DNA of 31,435 nucleotides from an uncultured Syntrophomonas sp. (GTDB lineage Bacteria; Bacillota; Syntrophomonadia; Syntrophomonadales; Syntrophomonadaceae): NCBI GenBank assembly GCA_964589135.1, contig CAZPSR010000002.1, positions 1 to 31,435 of the forward strand, read 5' to 3'. Shown piece by piece: positions 10,701 to 17,436 of this stretch (position 1 is its first letter; each line of letters starts with the position of its first letter). The notes under the pieces were generated by a model. It saw only the letters and a program-made list of their open reading frames with translations, ran no database searches and was not told where the DNA came from. The position numbers and the translations under genes were made by a program.

Positions 10701-13465
10701 GCTGAGTGGGTAACGGTAGCATTCGAATATGTAAATGAATTGGCAGAAACACCTGAGAACGTGTAGCCGTACTTCGGCGTCAGGGTAACGGTGGCGATGT
10801 AGGCTGTGCCGCCGATGAAATTGCTGCCCACAGCGGTTCCGGAAGCGTCTTTCCAACTCACCGTGCCGGTATACTGGGTCGTTTCAATCGCAGCGGTGTT
10901 GGGTGTTCCGTTTTTGGCCGGCGCGGTCACATGGCTGTCCAGTACCAAGTTGGAAACGGTTGCAGGAATATAAGGGCTGATGGTGACAGAGGATGGACTG
11001 CCCGGGAGAGTTTGCCCTGTGGCTTTGAGTCGCAGATCATATGTACCGCTTATAAGGCCGGTGATCTCACTGCTACTGACTGCCATCCAAGAGGACGTGG
11101 TGGATAGTTTATACTCCATTGCAGTAGTGATGCCACTTAGCTTTCCGTTGTTATTTTCTGTTGTGGTGCAATCGGTGGCGGTGATACCGTTCGGTGCAGC
11201 CGGGCCTGCCAATATATCAATGGTTTGGGTTTCACCGGCCAAGGTGGTAGATGTTTCTTTAATGCGCACTTTGATATCTTTATCTGCCGAGATTTGAGTG
11301 TCTGCTAACATCATGTCTTCCGTGCAATTAGACCAAGCTACTCCGCCGTCCAGACTATATTGCATCGTGCTGGCTGCGCCCATCAGCTTGTTGGCGTTTT
11401 CGCCGTCAAAGGAGAAGGTAACAGTTGGTGCGGGGGGGCCATCCAGTTTGCTAACCTCAATTAACTGCTGCGAAGAAATGCTTGTGTTTTTCGCCGTCAC
11501 AGTGACCGAGGAGTCGGTCGATTTCAGAGGATCCGTTTTGTCTACAGTGTAGTCTGTGAAGTTGCTATCCGTTGTGCCGTCGTCATAGGTTGCGGTGACG
11601 ACCATGCCCGTTTTGTCAAAGGTTTCTCCAACCTTATAACTCTTCTTTTCCGGCTGTGCTGTGATGGCAATGGACACTAATTCACGCACCGCAGTAGCGG
11701 GAAACGCAATGCTCACAATCAAATTTCCATCGTCACCGGCTGAGTGGGTAACGGTAGCATTCGAATATGTAAATGAATTGGCAGAAACACCTGAGAACGT
11801 GTAGCCGTACTTCGGCGTCAGGGTAACGGTGGCGATGTAGGCTGTGCCGCCGATGAAATTGCTGCCCACAGCGGTTCCGGAAGCGTCTTTCCAACTCACC
11901 GTGCCGGTATACTGAGCCGTATCAATCGCGGTGACAGAGGGTATTCCGTTTTTGGCGGGTGCGGTCACTTTGCCGTCTAGCGTGAAGATATCCACAATGG
12001 CGGGAGCCTTTGTTACCTGGATGGTGTAGGTTTCGACGGTGGTGCCGTATGTAGCCTGAATCGTGACCGTGGTAGTATTCTCTGTCAAGGAGATTACATT
12101 GGATGCCTGACCGCTGACGACAGCGGTACCATTTACCGTGATAGTCTCGCCTCTGAAGGAGGTGGGGGTGACGGTGATGCTGCCGGTTCCAGTGGGTACC
12201 GTTGTGGTATAGCTGTATTGATTAAAAGAAAACGCCGGGGAAAGTTCGCCGCTGCTCAGTGTCAGGTTAGACAGTCCCACATTACCCACTACGAGATTTG
12301 TCCAACCATAACCAGAGTAGCCCGTGCCAGTTTTTGGCACATAAAGCTTATACCCATCAGCAGGTTGAAATACAATGCCATATGCGTCTAGTACTGGAGC
12401 CACTGGTGGGTCAAACACTGCTGTAATATTCGTGCAACCTGAAAATGCATTGTAGCCGAGCCTCGTCACCTTGCTTGGGATTATGATAAAACTAAGACTG
12501 CTGCAGCCGTCAAAGCTATAGTCATTGATTACGTCCAACGCACTCGTACTTGCAAAGTTAACGGCAGACAAGTTTGAACAATCTCGGAAAGCCCTTGAGT
12601 CAATTAAGGTCACAGTACTAGGGATGTTGATGGAACTCAGGCTAGTGCAGGATCTAAAGGCATCTATGCCGATGGTCTGCAGATTGCTTGGCAGGGTGAC
12701 GGAGCTTAGATTGCCACAGTCATAAAATATAGATTGTGGCAGAGCTGTCATGCTATTCTGGAAGATGGCAGACGTAAGGCTCGTGCAAGCATCAAATGCT
12801 CTGGTACCGATAGAGCTCACTTTGCTTGGGATTGTGATGGTGCTGAGACTGCTGCAGTTATAAAAGGCCGTTTCACCGATGGAGGTCACATTAGCGGGAA
12901 TTCCGAAGGACTTTAGGTTTGTGCAGCCCCCGAAGGCGCTAATACCGATTGATTGCACATTATTTGAATTTGAATTATTGAATGTGATGGTCTCTAGGCT
13001 GGCGCAGTCACTAAATATACCTTTCGGGATTGATTTCAGGTTGCTTGGGAGCGTTACCTTTTTCAATGCGGTGCAGTCAGAAAAAGTATAATCTCCAATT
13101 TCGGTCACGGTTTCGGGGATAGTAATTTCGGTCAAACTGGTGCACCTAGAAAAGGCGTTGCCGCCGAACTTTGTTATGGTTGCTGGAAATTCAACCGTGG
13201 TTAAGGCTGCAAACAAATCAAATTCACCATAACCAAGCTCAGTTACACCTTCTTGGATTACTGCTTTTATGCACTGATTCCTGTAAGATTCTTGGTAATC
13301 GCCTCCGAATCTCTGAGCCGCGCCTTTTTCCTTGACGGTCAGGGTCTTTGACCCTGTATCATAGCTGTATCCCGTTCCGGTGATAGTGGCTGCCGTCGCT
13401 ACAGTGGGCAGCAGGGTGAGCATCATGCACAACGTGAGTAGGATACTAAGTAATCGTTTCTTCAT
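7775..13465 (-). CDS. BspA-type leucine-rich-repeat (LRR_5) surface protein with cadherin-like beta-sandwich, duplicated Ig-like modules, MBG-like domains and 3x C-terminal SLH (1896 aa)
   Basis: Signal peptide MKKRLLSILLTLCMMLTLLPTVATA with upstream AGGAGG. About a dozen xIGxxAFxxCxxLxxITIP repeats (~13280-12420). LSNLTLSSGELSPAFS cadherin-like domain. SLH motifs NPFSDVKEGDWYY, ITREQLAAML, ATRAEAAQI. Confidence 0.92.
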   Translation of the reverse strand: MKKRLLSILLTLCMMLTLLPTVATAATITGTGYSYDTGSKTLTVKEKGAAQRFGGDYQESYRNQCIKAVIQEGVTELGYGEFDLFAALTTVEFPATITKFGGNAFSRCTSLTEITIPETVTEIGDYTFSDCTALKKVTLPSNLKSIPKGIFSDCASLETITFNNSNSNNVQSIGISAFGGCTNLKSFGIPANVTSIGETAFYNCSSLSTITIPSKVSSIGTRAFDACTSLTSAIFQNSMTALPQSIFYDCGNLSSVTLPSNLQTIGIDAFRSCTSLSSINIPSTVTLIDSRAFRDCSNLSAVNFASTSALDVINDYSFDGCSSLSFIIIPSKVTRLGYNAFSGCTNITAVFDPPVAPVLDAYGIVFQPADGYKLYVPKTGTGYSGYGWTNLVVGNVGLSNLTLSSGELSPAFSFNQYSYTTTVPTGTGSITVTPTSFRGETITVNGTAVVSGQASNVISLTENTTTVTIQATYGTTVETYTIQVTKAPAIVDIFTLDGKVTAPAKNGIPSVTAIDTAQYTGTVSWKDASGTAVGSNFIGGTAYIATVTLTPKYGYTFSGVSANSFTYSNATVTHSAGDDGNLIVSIAFPATAVRELVSIAITAQPEKKSYKVGETFDKTGMVVTATYDDGTTDSNFTDYTVDKTDPLKSTDSSVTVTAKNTSISSQQLIEVSKLDGPPAPTVTFSFDGENANKLMGAASTMQYSLDGGVAWSNCTEDMMLADTQISADKDIKVRIKETSTTLAGETQTIDILAGPAAPNGITATDCTTTENNNGKLSGITTAMEYKLSTTSSWMAVSSSEITGLISGTYDLRLKATGQTLPGSPSSVTISPYIPATVSNLVLDSHVTAPAKNGTPNTAAIETTQYTGTVSWKDASGTAVGSNFIGGTAYIATVTLTPKYGYTFSGVSANSFTYSNATVTHSAGDDGNLIVSIAFPATAVRELVSIAITAQPEKKSYKVGETFDKTGMVVTATYDDGTTDSNFTDYTVDKTDPLKSTDSSVTVTAKNTSISSQQLIEVSKLDGPPAPTVTFSFDGENANKLMGAATLMQYSLDDGISWSDCSENMDLSSADISTSGIKVRLKETETTKAGEVKTISISKAATPIATASNATVSGKGTIVGVATEMEYKLSTDSTWTSGDGNPISLDPGTYHVRVKATGTVLASDSQELTISEFVKGTPTKFDLTYSLTALVYDGNAKPLSVTAVSSKNLGAITVYYNGNAIAPANAGTYGITVDIVGNAEYNAVTGLSLGNYTIEKADHTGETTASKTVRSNKSESNLTIALPTDLPEGASYAASGTVGATAALIASHSVDGTTLTFSTASHAATSATITIPVTGAKNYNDYDVVVTITAENKETVTISGLTAASNLVYDGMPQIGYTGTVTVSDSKVPTNELLYTYTSTDGGGYNATTAPTDAGAYKLAVSVADTNGDYTGAHADITFTIAQATITVTAKDKSAYVGATAPVLGDDDYTVTGLVSGETLKTKPTIAYASAPDMTKTGTMAINITGAVAPDGGNYNAIIHEEGVLTISNRPSSGGGGSYTPPLVTEIDNGGSMTGANLDRLVSGGKTLTVDGDNGAKLVFGTDALKGIVSQTSGSIKVEMKDVSADYKNEHPDRLVVSLTITAGGKHITSFGNGTATVSLPYELKTGEKAEEVTVWYLAEDGTMSEVPCSYDSATKLATFKVNHFSLYVVGTKDDASWANPFSDVKEGDWYYSAVQYAAQNGLMKGTGSNTFSPGVVTNRGMIATILYNLDGSGETAQSTFNDVKPGAYYANAVAWAQKKDIITGYGNKMFGPDDSITREQLAAMLWKYAGSPAAVDSQVLAAFKDAGEISAYAQNALAWANQTGIINGKGGGVLDPRGQATRAEAAQIMQNFLRECKSFCVTGIIHQTFVNTFIVA
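10333..10876. repeat. 544-bp intragenic direct repeat, copy 1 (identical to 11371-11914)
   Basis: Base-by-base comparison by eye found no mismatch. Offset is 1038 bp (346 codons). Confidence 0.9.
11371..11914. repeat. 544-bp intragenic direct repeat, copy 2
   Basis: Identical to 10333-10876. The flanks remain homologous but are diverged. Confidence 0.9.
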
Positions 13466-13542
13466 GTATTTTTCCTCCTGTGTGATTATATTTGTGCTTG
13501 TTATGGTAGGCGGAGCATAGTTCCTCCTTCTGCCAATCCTTA

Positions 13543-13907
13543 TTAAACCGCTGGACTTCCTTCATTGCGGTAAAGATAGGTCACAATATCTGCTCTTGGA
13601 GAATTGTTGTTCGGAGCAAAGACCGTACCTGTCCGGAGAACAGACCGCTTGTATCCGCCCAAGCAAGAGCGTCTGTAATATTGGCCGGGGTATTTGCCGG
13701 CAAGGCTACATACACCAGCTCGCACCGGTGACAGCATTGTCGCCGACCAACACGATGGACAGGTCGCCGGTGGCATAGATGGCGGCGTTATTAGCCGTGC
13801 CGTTTACGCCGTTCACGCCGTTCAAATCTGCCACGTTCAACGTGAGAGAATAGCTTCTGCTGCTGATTGAGTGTCCAAGTCTACATTAAAGGAAGTAGTT
13901 TTTTCAT
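13543..13907 (-). pseudogene. Collapsed relic of another SLH surface-protein gene
   Basis: GAGGAG + 7 nt + ATG AAA AAA CTA CTT CCT TTA ATG TAG (MKKLLPLM*). A middle piece NNAAIYATGDLSIVLVGDNAVTG (13843-13706). An SLH motif DALAWADTSGLFSG/TGTVFAPNNNSPRADIVTYLYRNEGSPAV* (13673-13543) split by a 1-nt deletion. Confidence 0.7.
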
Positions 13908-13925
13908 GCTTTGTCTCCTCTCATT

Positions 13926-14249
13926 TCACATGTTTTCCCCCTCCTTTATTTGCCGAAAGCCCAACAGAAATCCGGGAAGAAGGTTCCACGGCTTCAGCAG
14001 TGTCTGGTTGTAAAGCATCACCGACTGACGGTAGATATCCAGGCTGCGGGAGAGGATGGATATCGCATCCTGCTCCTCAGGTCCGTCTCTGGTCTGCAGG
14101 TGGTTTTTGCGGCAGGCGGCCAGCTGACTTACGGCGCTTTTCACGGTATCTGTTTTGGCTCGCAGTTCCCGGTGTACCACCCAAAACCACAGAACTAAAA
14201 ATGCCGCTGTACTGATGATGGCAATAACACAGGCGATAATGGCAGTCAG
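13926..14249 (-). CDS. Small single-pass membrane protein, LemA-like (107 aa), starting at CTG
   Basis: The listed 84-aa ORF extends 23 codons upstream in frame through a hydrophobic helix (LTAIIACVIAIISTAAFLVLWFW) to a CTG lying 8 nt after AGGAGG. C-terminal YRQSVMLYNQTLLKPWNLLPGFLLGF resembles the LemA YN..V..YN....FP..L.A...GF pattern. Confidence 0.6.
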   Translation of the reverse strand: MTAIIACVIAIISTAAFLVLWFWVVHRELRAKTDTVKSAVSQLAACRKNHLQTRDGPEEQDAISILSRSLDIYRQSVMLYNQTLLKPWNLLPGFLLGFRQIKEGENM

Positions 14250-14416
14250 GCTTCATACCTCCTTTCCCTTTTAGGCTTGCTGCCTTTTTCTTGACCTTTA
14301 CTGAACTTGGGTAAAACAAACATTGCGTTGCCGGCTTTACCGATATCATCGCAGTGCCAGGTTCCTCCTTGATTTATATTGGAGTTTAAGATAATCTCAT
14401 GTTTTGCTTGCTTCAT
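14246..14416 (-). CDS. Small hypothetical ORF (up to 56 aa, basic C-terminus); start uncertain
   Basis: MKQAKHEIILNSNINQGGTWHCDDIGKAGNAMFVLPKFSKGQEKGSKPKRERRYEA*. Its TGA overlaps the downstream CTG as CTGA. An internal AAGGAGG has no in-frame canonical start at proper spacing. Confidence 0.4.
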   Translation of the reverse strand: MKQAKHEIILNSNINQGGTWHCDDIGKAGNAMFVLPKFSKGQEKGSKPKRERRYEA

Positions 14417-14420
14417 TTTT

Positions 14421-14490
14421 ATAATAGATAGAAATTCTCGCAGAGAGTTGGTGATTGCCTGAAATGTATGAGACTTCGCCCTGAAATGTA
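14421..14490 (-). promoter_or_regulatory. Putative LytTR-activated promoter: tandem TACATTTCAGG boxes (14490-14480, 14468-14458; 22-bp period) and -10 candidate TATTAT (14426-14421)
   Basis: Perfect 11-bp direct repeat with about two helical turns of spacing, the architecture known for AgrA/VirR-type LytTR sites, located next to a LytTR gene. Confidence 0.7.
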
Positions 14491-14563
14491 AAATCTTACT
14501 GGCAAGAGTGGATCATTCATGGTAAATTTAAGCTGGTTTCAAATTTGTGGAAGGTGTGAAGAT

Positions 14564-15286
14564 TTGAAAATTGCGGTTTGTGATGACGATTCCCAGGAGC
14601 TTGAACGAATTTCATATTTTATAGATACATACCAGCGAGAGAGTAAAGTACCGCTGACCTGCAAGACCTTTCAAAGCGCTACAGAGCTTATCTCCAATAT
14701 GGGCAGGGGAGATTACCATATTTTGCTTTTGGATATCCTGATGCCGGGGATAAATGGAATGCAGGCCGCTCATGAGGTTCGGACCTTTGATAGGGGAGTT
14801 AAAATTGTCTTCCTTACCTCTTCACCGGAGTTTGCAGTGGAGAGCTACACAGTCAAGGCCTATGACTATATCCTAAAGCCGGTTTTCAAAGACAAGCTTT
14901 TTTCTATACTTGATGCAGTTATTGCTGAGGAACAAAAGCCGCTGGAGGGGCTGACCGTCAAAACCCAGTCAGGGATGGTCCGAATTTTATTCTCCAAGCT
15001 GGCTTTTGTGGAGATCATAAACAAAAAGCTCTATTTTCATCTGGCAGACGGCAGTGTACGGGAGGTTTCGGCTTCCCTGGCATCGTTTGAGGAAGAACTG
15101 CTGGCCTGCGCTGAGTTTGTCAAGGTGCATCGCTCTTATATTGTCAACCTTTGGCAGGTGGGTGAGCTCCGGTCAAAGGAGCTTATTACCCATGCCGGAA
15201 AAAAGGTGCCGATTTCCCGCCTGCTTTACGGGAAGGTGCGGGAGGCCTATATGAAGCATCTGTTTCTGGAAAAAGGAGTAGAGTGA
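14564..15286 (+). CDS. LytTR-family DNA-binding response regulator (240 aa)
   Basis: GGAAGGTG then TTG at 14564. Receiver motifs IAVCDD, LLLDILMPGINGM, FLTSS, YILKP. LytTR domain FVKVHRSYIVNL...VPISR. Confidence 0.93.
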   Translation: MKIAVCDDDSQELERISYFIDTYQRESKVPLTCKTFQSATELISNMGRGDYHILLLDILMPGINGMQAAHEVRTFDRGVKIVFLTSSPEFAVESYTVKAYDYILKPVFKDKLFSILDAVIAEEQKPLEGLTVKTQSGMVRILFSKLAFVEIINKKLYFHLADGSVREVSASLASFEEELLACAEFVKVHRSYIVNLWQVGELRSKELITHAGKKVPISRLLYGKVREAYMKHLFLEKGVE

Positions 15287-16592
15287 TGGCTGCTTTTCCA
15301 AGCTTATTAATAGCTATGACCATTCTGTTTGGCATTATTGCGCAGATGCTTCTTTTAGATATCCGTATCAAAAACCTTAAAGGTAGTCGGCGCATATTTT
15401 TCGGGGTTGGAAATCTGCTGGTTCTGGCGGTGAATACTGTACTTTCTCAAGTTTTGCCGACGGATCAGTACATGAAGCTCTATGTACTGGTCATTCACGT
15501 TCCTATCTTTTTTATTTTTTGGATTACAGCCCAAACCTCCGCAATAAAAGTAATTTTCGCCTTGTTTACCGCAGTCTTTTTGATTTACCCAGCCAATTTG
15601 GTGCTGACCATCGTTTCACAAACTGCAAAATGGCTTTATCCGGCAGGATTTTTGATTTCATACCTTGCCGCATGCGCAGTTATACTGCTGGTTATTTACC
15701 GATTTTTCAAAACAAATTTCAAACATTTAATCAAAAACTATAGCGAATCTAGCTTTATAAAGCTTTGCCTGCTTCCGTTAGCGTATTATATAGTCAACTA
15801 CTGGTTGGGACTGTATAACTTTGCCGCTGACAGGGCTGCAGGAGTTTTTTCGCTGCGCACCCTTATTTTTATTATCACACTTACCGCCTATGTTCTGATT
15901 TTGGATATAGCAAAATCCGCTCGTGAAAAGGAAGCCTTGCAGGGAGTAAAGATAGCCTTATCCTTGCAGCTGGAGAGTGCAGAACAACAATTGTCCGCCC
16001 TGCAGGCTACGCAGGAGCAGGCCGTCGTATACCGCCACGACATGAGGCATCATCTGGCTCTGATTGGCGGGTACCTTGCCGATGGAGACATTGAAAAGGC
16101 GGATAAATATGTAAGGCTTGCACAGGCTGATATCGAGGATATCACCCCCAACCATTATTGTGAGAACAACACCGTCAATCTTATTTTGTCCTTCTTTGCG
16201 GCGAAAGCGAAAAAAATGGCGTTCTTTTTTCAGTGGATGCCCAGCTGCCACAGGCTCTTTCCTTTCCCGAAACTGAGCTGTGTGCCCTGCTGTCAAACGG
16301 CTTGGAAAACGCCATAGAAGCTGCTGCACAGGTTGCTGGTGAACAATTCAGAAAAGCAAGAATCAGCTGCCAAACCCACAAAGGCAATTTGCTGATTTTT
16401 ATAGAGAACAGCTTTACGGGTGAGTTGGCAATGGAGAACGGCTTGCCGCAAAGCCTCCGGGAGGGTCATGGCTTTGGGGTTAAAAGCATGGCCATGATTG
16501 CTGAAAAGTATAACGGCTGCTGCTTCTTTGAGGGCAAGGGTGAGATATTTACCCTGAGGATTGTGCTGCCGTGCCTGCCACCAACTTATTAA
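15286..16592 (+). pseudogene. AgrC/VirS-like membrane GHKL sensor histidine kinase, frameshifted at an A7 run (16210-16216)
   Basis: Multi-TM N-terminus and H-box YRHDMRHH in ORF 15283-16317. N-box LLSNGLENAIEA and G-box HGFGVKSM in ORF 16233-16592. One extra A gives AKKNGVLFSVDAQ and a continuous 435-aa kinase. Confidence 0.88.
16571..16589. repeat. Family B unit GTGCCTGCCACCAACTTAT forming the last codons of the kinase
   Basis: 18/19 identical to 17202-17220. Confidence 0.65.
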
Positions 16593-16614
16593 CGGGCAGG
16601 AATCCCGTCCGGTA
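16590..16614 (+). repeat. Second copy of the 25-bp motif TAACGGGYRGGAATCCCGTCCGGTA
   Basis: 23/25 identical to 7324-7348. Its TAA is the kinase stop codon. Confidence 0.75.
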
Positions 16615-16722
16615 GAATGAAGCGGCAGGCGTACAATTATCATGGTTATTATCGACATCATCAATTGCCGATTGTGTTTGTTCATTGGGCTATGCGGAGG
16701 TCAAGCTAAATATCCGCTAGTT

Positions 16723-17142
16723 TTAACCCTCATCCGTTATTTGTTCTATTTCCGTAACACATTCATTTTTGATCTTTCCAACCAGAAATTGCAAGGCATC
16801 GATAATATGCGGTCTAATATCGCCGCCTATCAGTACATACATTATGTCGTCGCCAAGTTCAAGCTGGCCTTCATTAAGCCAAACTCTGACATGGAAGATG
16901 CCGTCCATCTTATAGGTCTCAGCGACTGCCGCATCAACTTTTTCTGCATTATAAGAAAATTCCAATCCTTTTACCAGCGAACCATCATCAATTCCCTGGC
17001 GGACCTTGGCCTTGGGGGTTTGGCGCACAATGCCGTTATGGACTAAAAACATTCCTTCCTGCAAAGCCGCCGGATCTGCTTTTGCTTCTTTTAGCCATTC
17101 ATCAACAGATGGCGATGTTTTTTTTGTTTTTCCATTAATCAT
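16723..17142 (-). CDS. moaE: Molybdopterin synthase catalytic subunit (MoaE-family), 139 aa
   Basis: GMFLVHNGIVR...GDDIMYVLIGGDIRPHIIDALQFLVGKIK pattern. Start placed at ATG 17142 after AAAGGAG. The longer 17235 start runs through a family B repeat. Confidence 0.75.
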   Translation of the reverse strand: MINGKTKKTSPSVDEWLKEAKADPAALQEGMFLVHNGIVRQTPKAKVRQGIDDGSLVKGLEFSYNAEKVDAAVAETYKMDGIFHVRVWLNEGQLELGDDIMYVLIGGDIRPHIIDALQFLVGKIKNECVTEIEQITDEG

Positions 17143-17200
17143 AAGATAATAAGCTCCTTTTTTAGATTCTAAATGCACCAATCCTATTGTACCCTTTTGT

Positions 17201-17227
17201 GGTGCCTGACACCAACTTATCAACTTA
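17201..17227. repeat. Family B unit GGTGCCTGACACC-AACTTATC-AACTTA
   Basis: Matches 270-307 and 16571-16589. Confidence 0.7.
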
Positions 17228-17254
17228 TTGAACATTCCGACAATTCAGGAAAAC

Positions 17255-17283
17255 AATAACTTGGGGTCTGACCCCGAGTTATT
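17255..17283. repeat. Family A 29-bp palindrome, copy 1 (between divergent moaE and CoA-transferase)
   Basis: AATAACTTGGGGTC-T-GACCCCGAGTTATT. Arms extend to 17252-17286. Confidence 0.92.
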
Positions 17284-17289
17284 GTTATG

Positions 17290-17305
17290 GTGCGCCCGGC
17301 ATGGG
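17290..17305 (+). mobile_element. 16-nt stub matching the 5' end of a group IIC intron (GTGCGCCCGGCATGGG)
   Basis: Matches the recalled IIC 5' consensus GTGYGCCCGGCATGGG and lies 3 nt after a hairpin, the known IIC target context. Similarity stops after 16 nt. Confidence 0.5.
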
Positions 17306-17367
17306 ATACTGTTTTGAGCGTGGCTTAAATCAAAGACCCTGGCAATAGGTCATTTTGCATATAAGCC

Positions 17368-17397
17368 TTGAAAGCAGAATGACTTGTGTGTCATAAT
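17368..17397 (+). promoter_or_regulatory. Sigma-A-type promoter candidate for the CoA-transferase
   Basis: TTGAAA-N18-CATAAT with TG in the extended -10 position. Confidence 0.45.
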
Positions 17398-17436
17398 TTT
17401 AAAGAATGACTCCAAAATCATCTATGAGGTGGATAA

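Noticed and set aside
10333-11914. 544-bp duplicate as a diversity-generating retroelement TR/VR pair
   Set aside because: The copies are identical (no adenine-specific mismatches), both lie in frame within one ORF, and there is no reverse transcriptase in the window.
13507-13533. Imperfect hairpin and AAGGAGG-ATG mini-ORF (MLRLP*) between the SLH relic and the LRR gene
   Set aside because: No U-tract, several mismatches, and a 5-codon ORF; insufficient to call a terminator or leader peptide.
16617-16709. Short frame MKRQAYNYHGYYRHHQLPIVFVHWAMRRSS* after the 25-mer, faintly like maturase domain X (HYNYYG...WLxRRS)
   Set aside because: Only 30 aa with marginal similarity; cannot be supported without a profile search.
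17288-17305. Reverse complement reads ...TGCCGGGCGCACCA, like a tRNA 3' end or attachment site
   Set aside because: The adjacent bases do not give a TTCRA T-loop and no cloverleaf can be built. The group IIC 5' end explains more bases.
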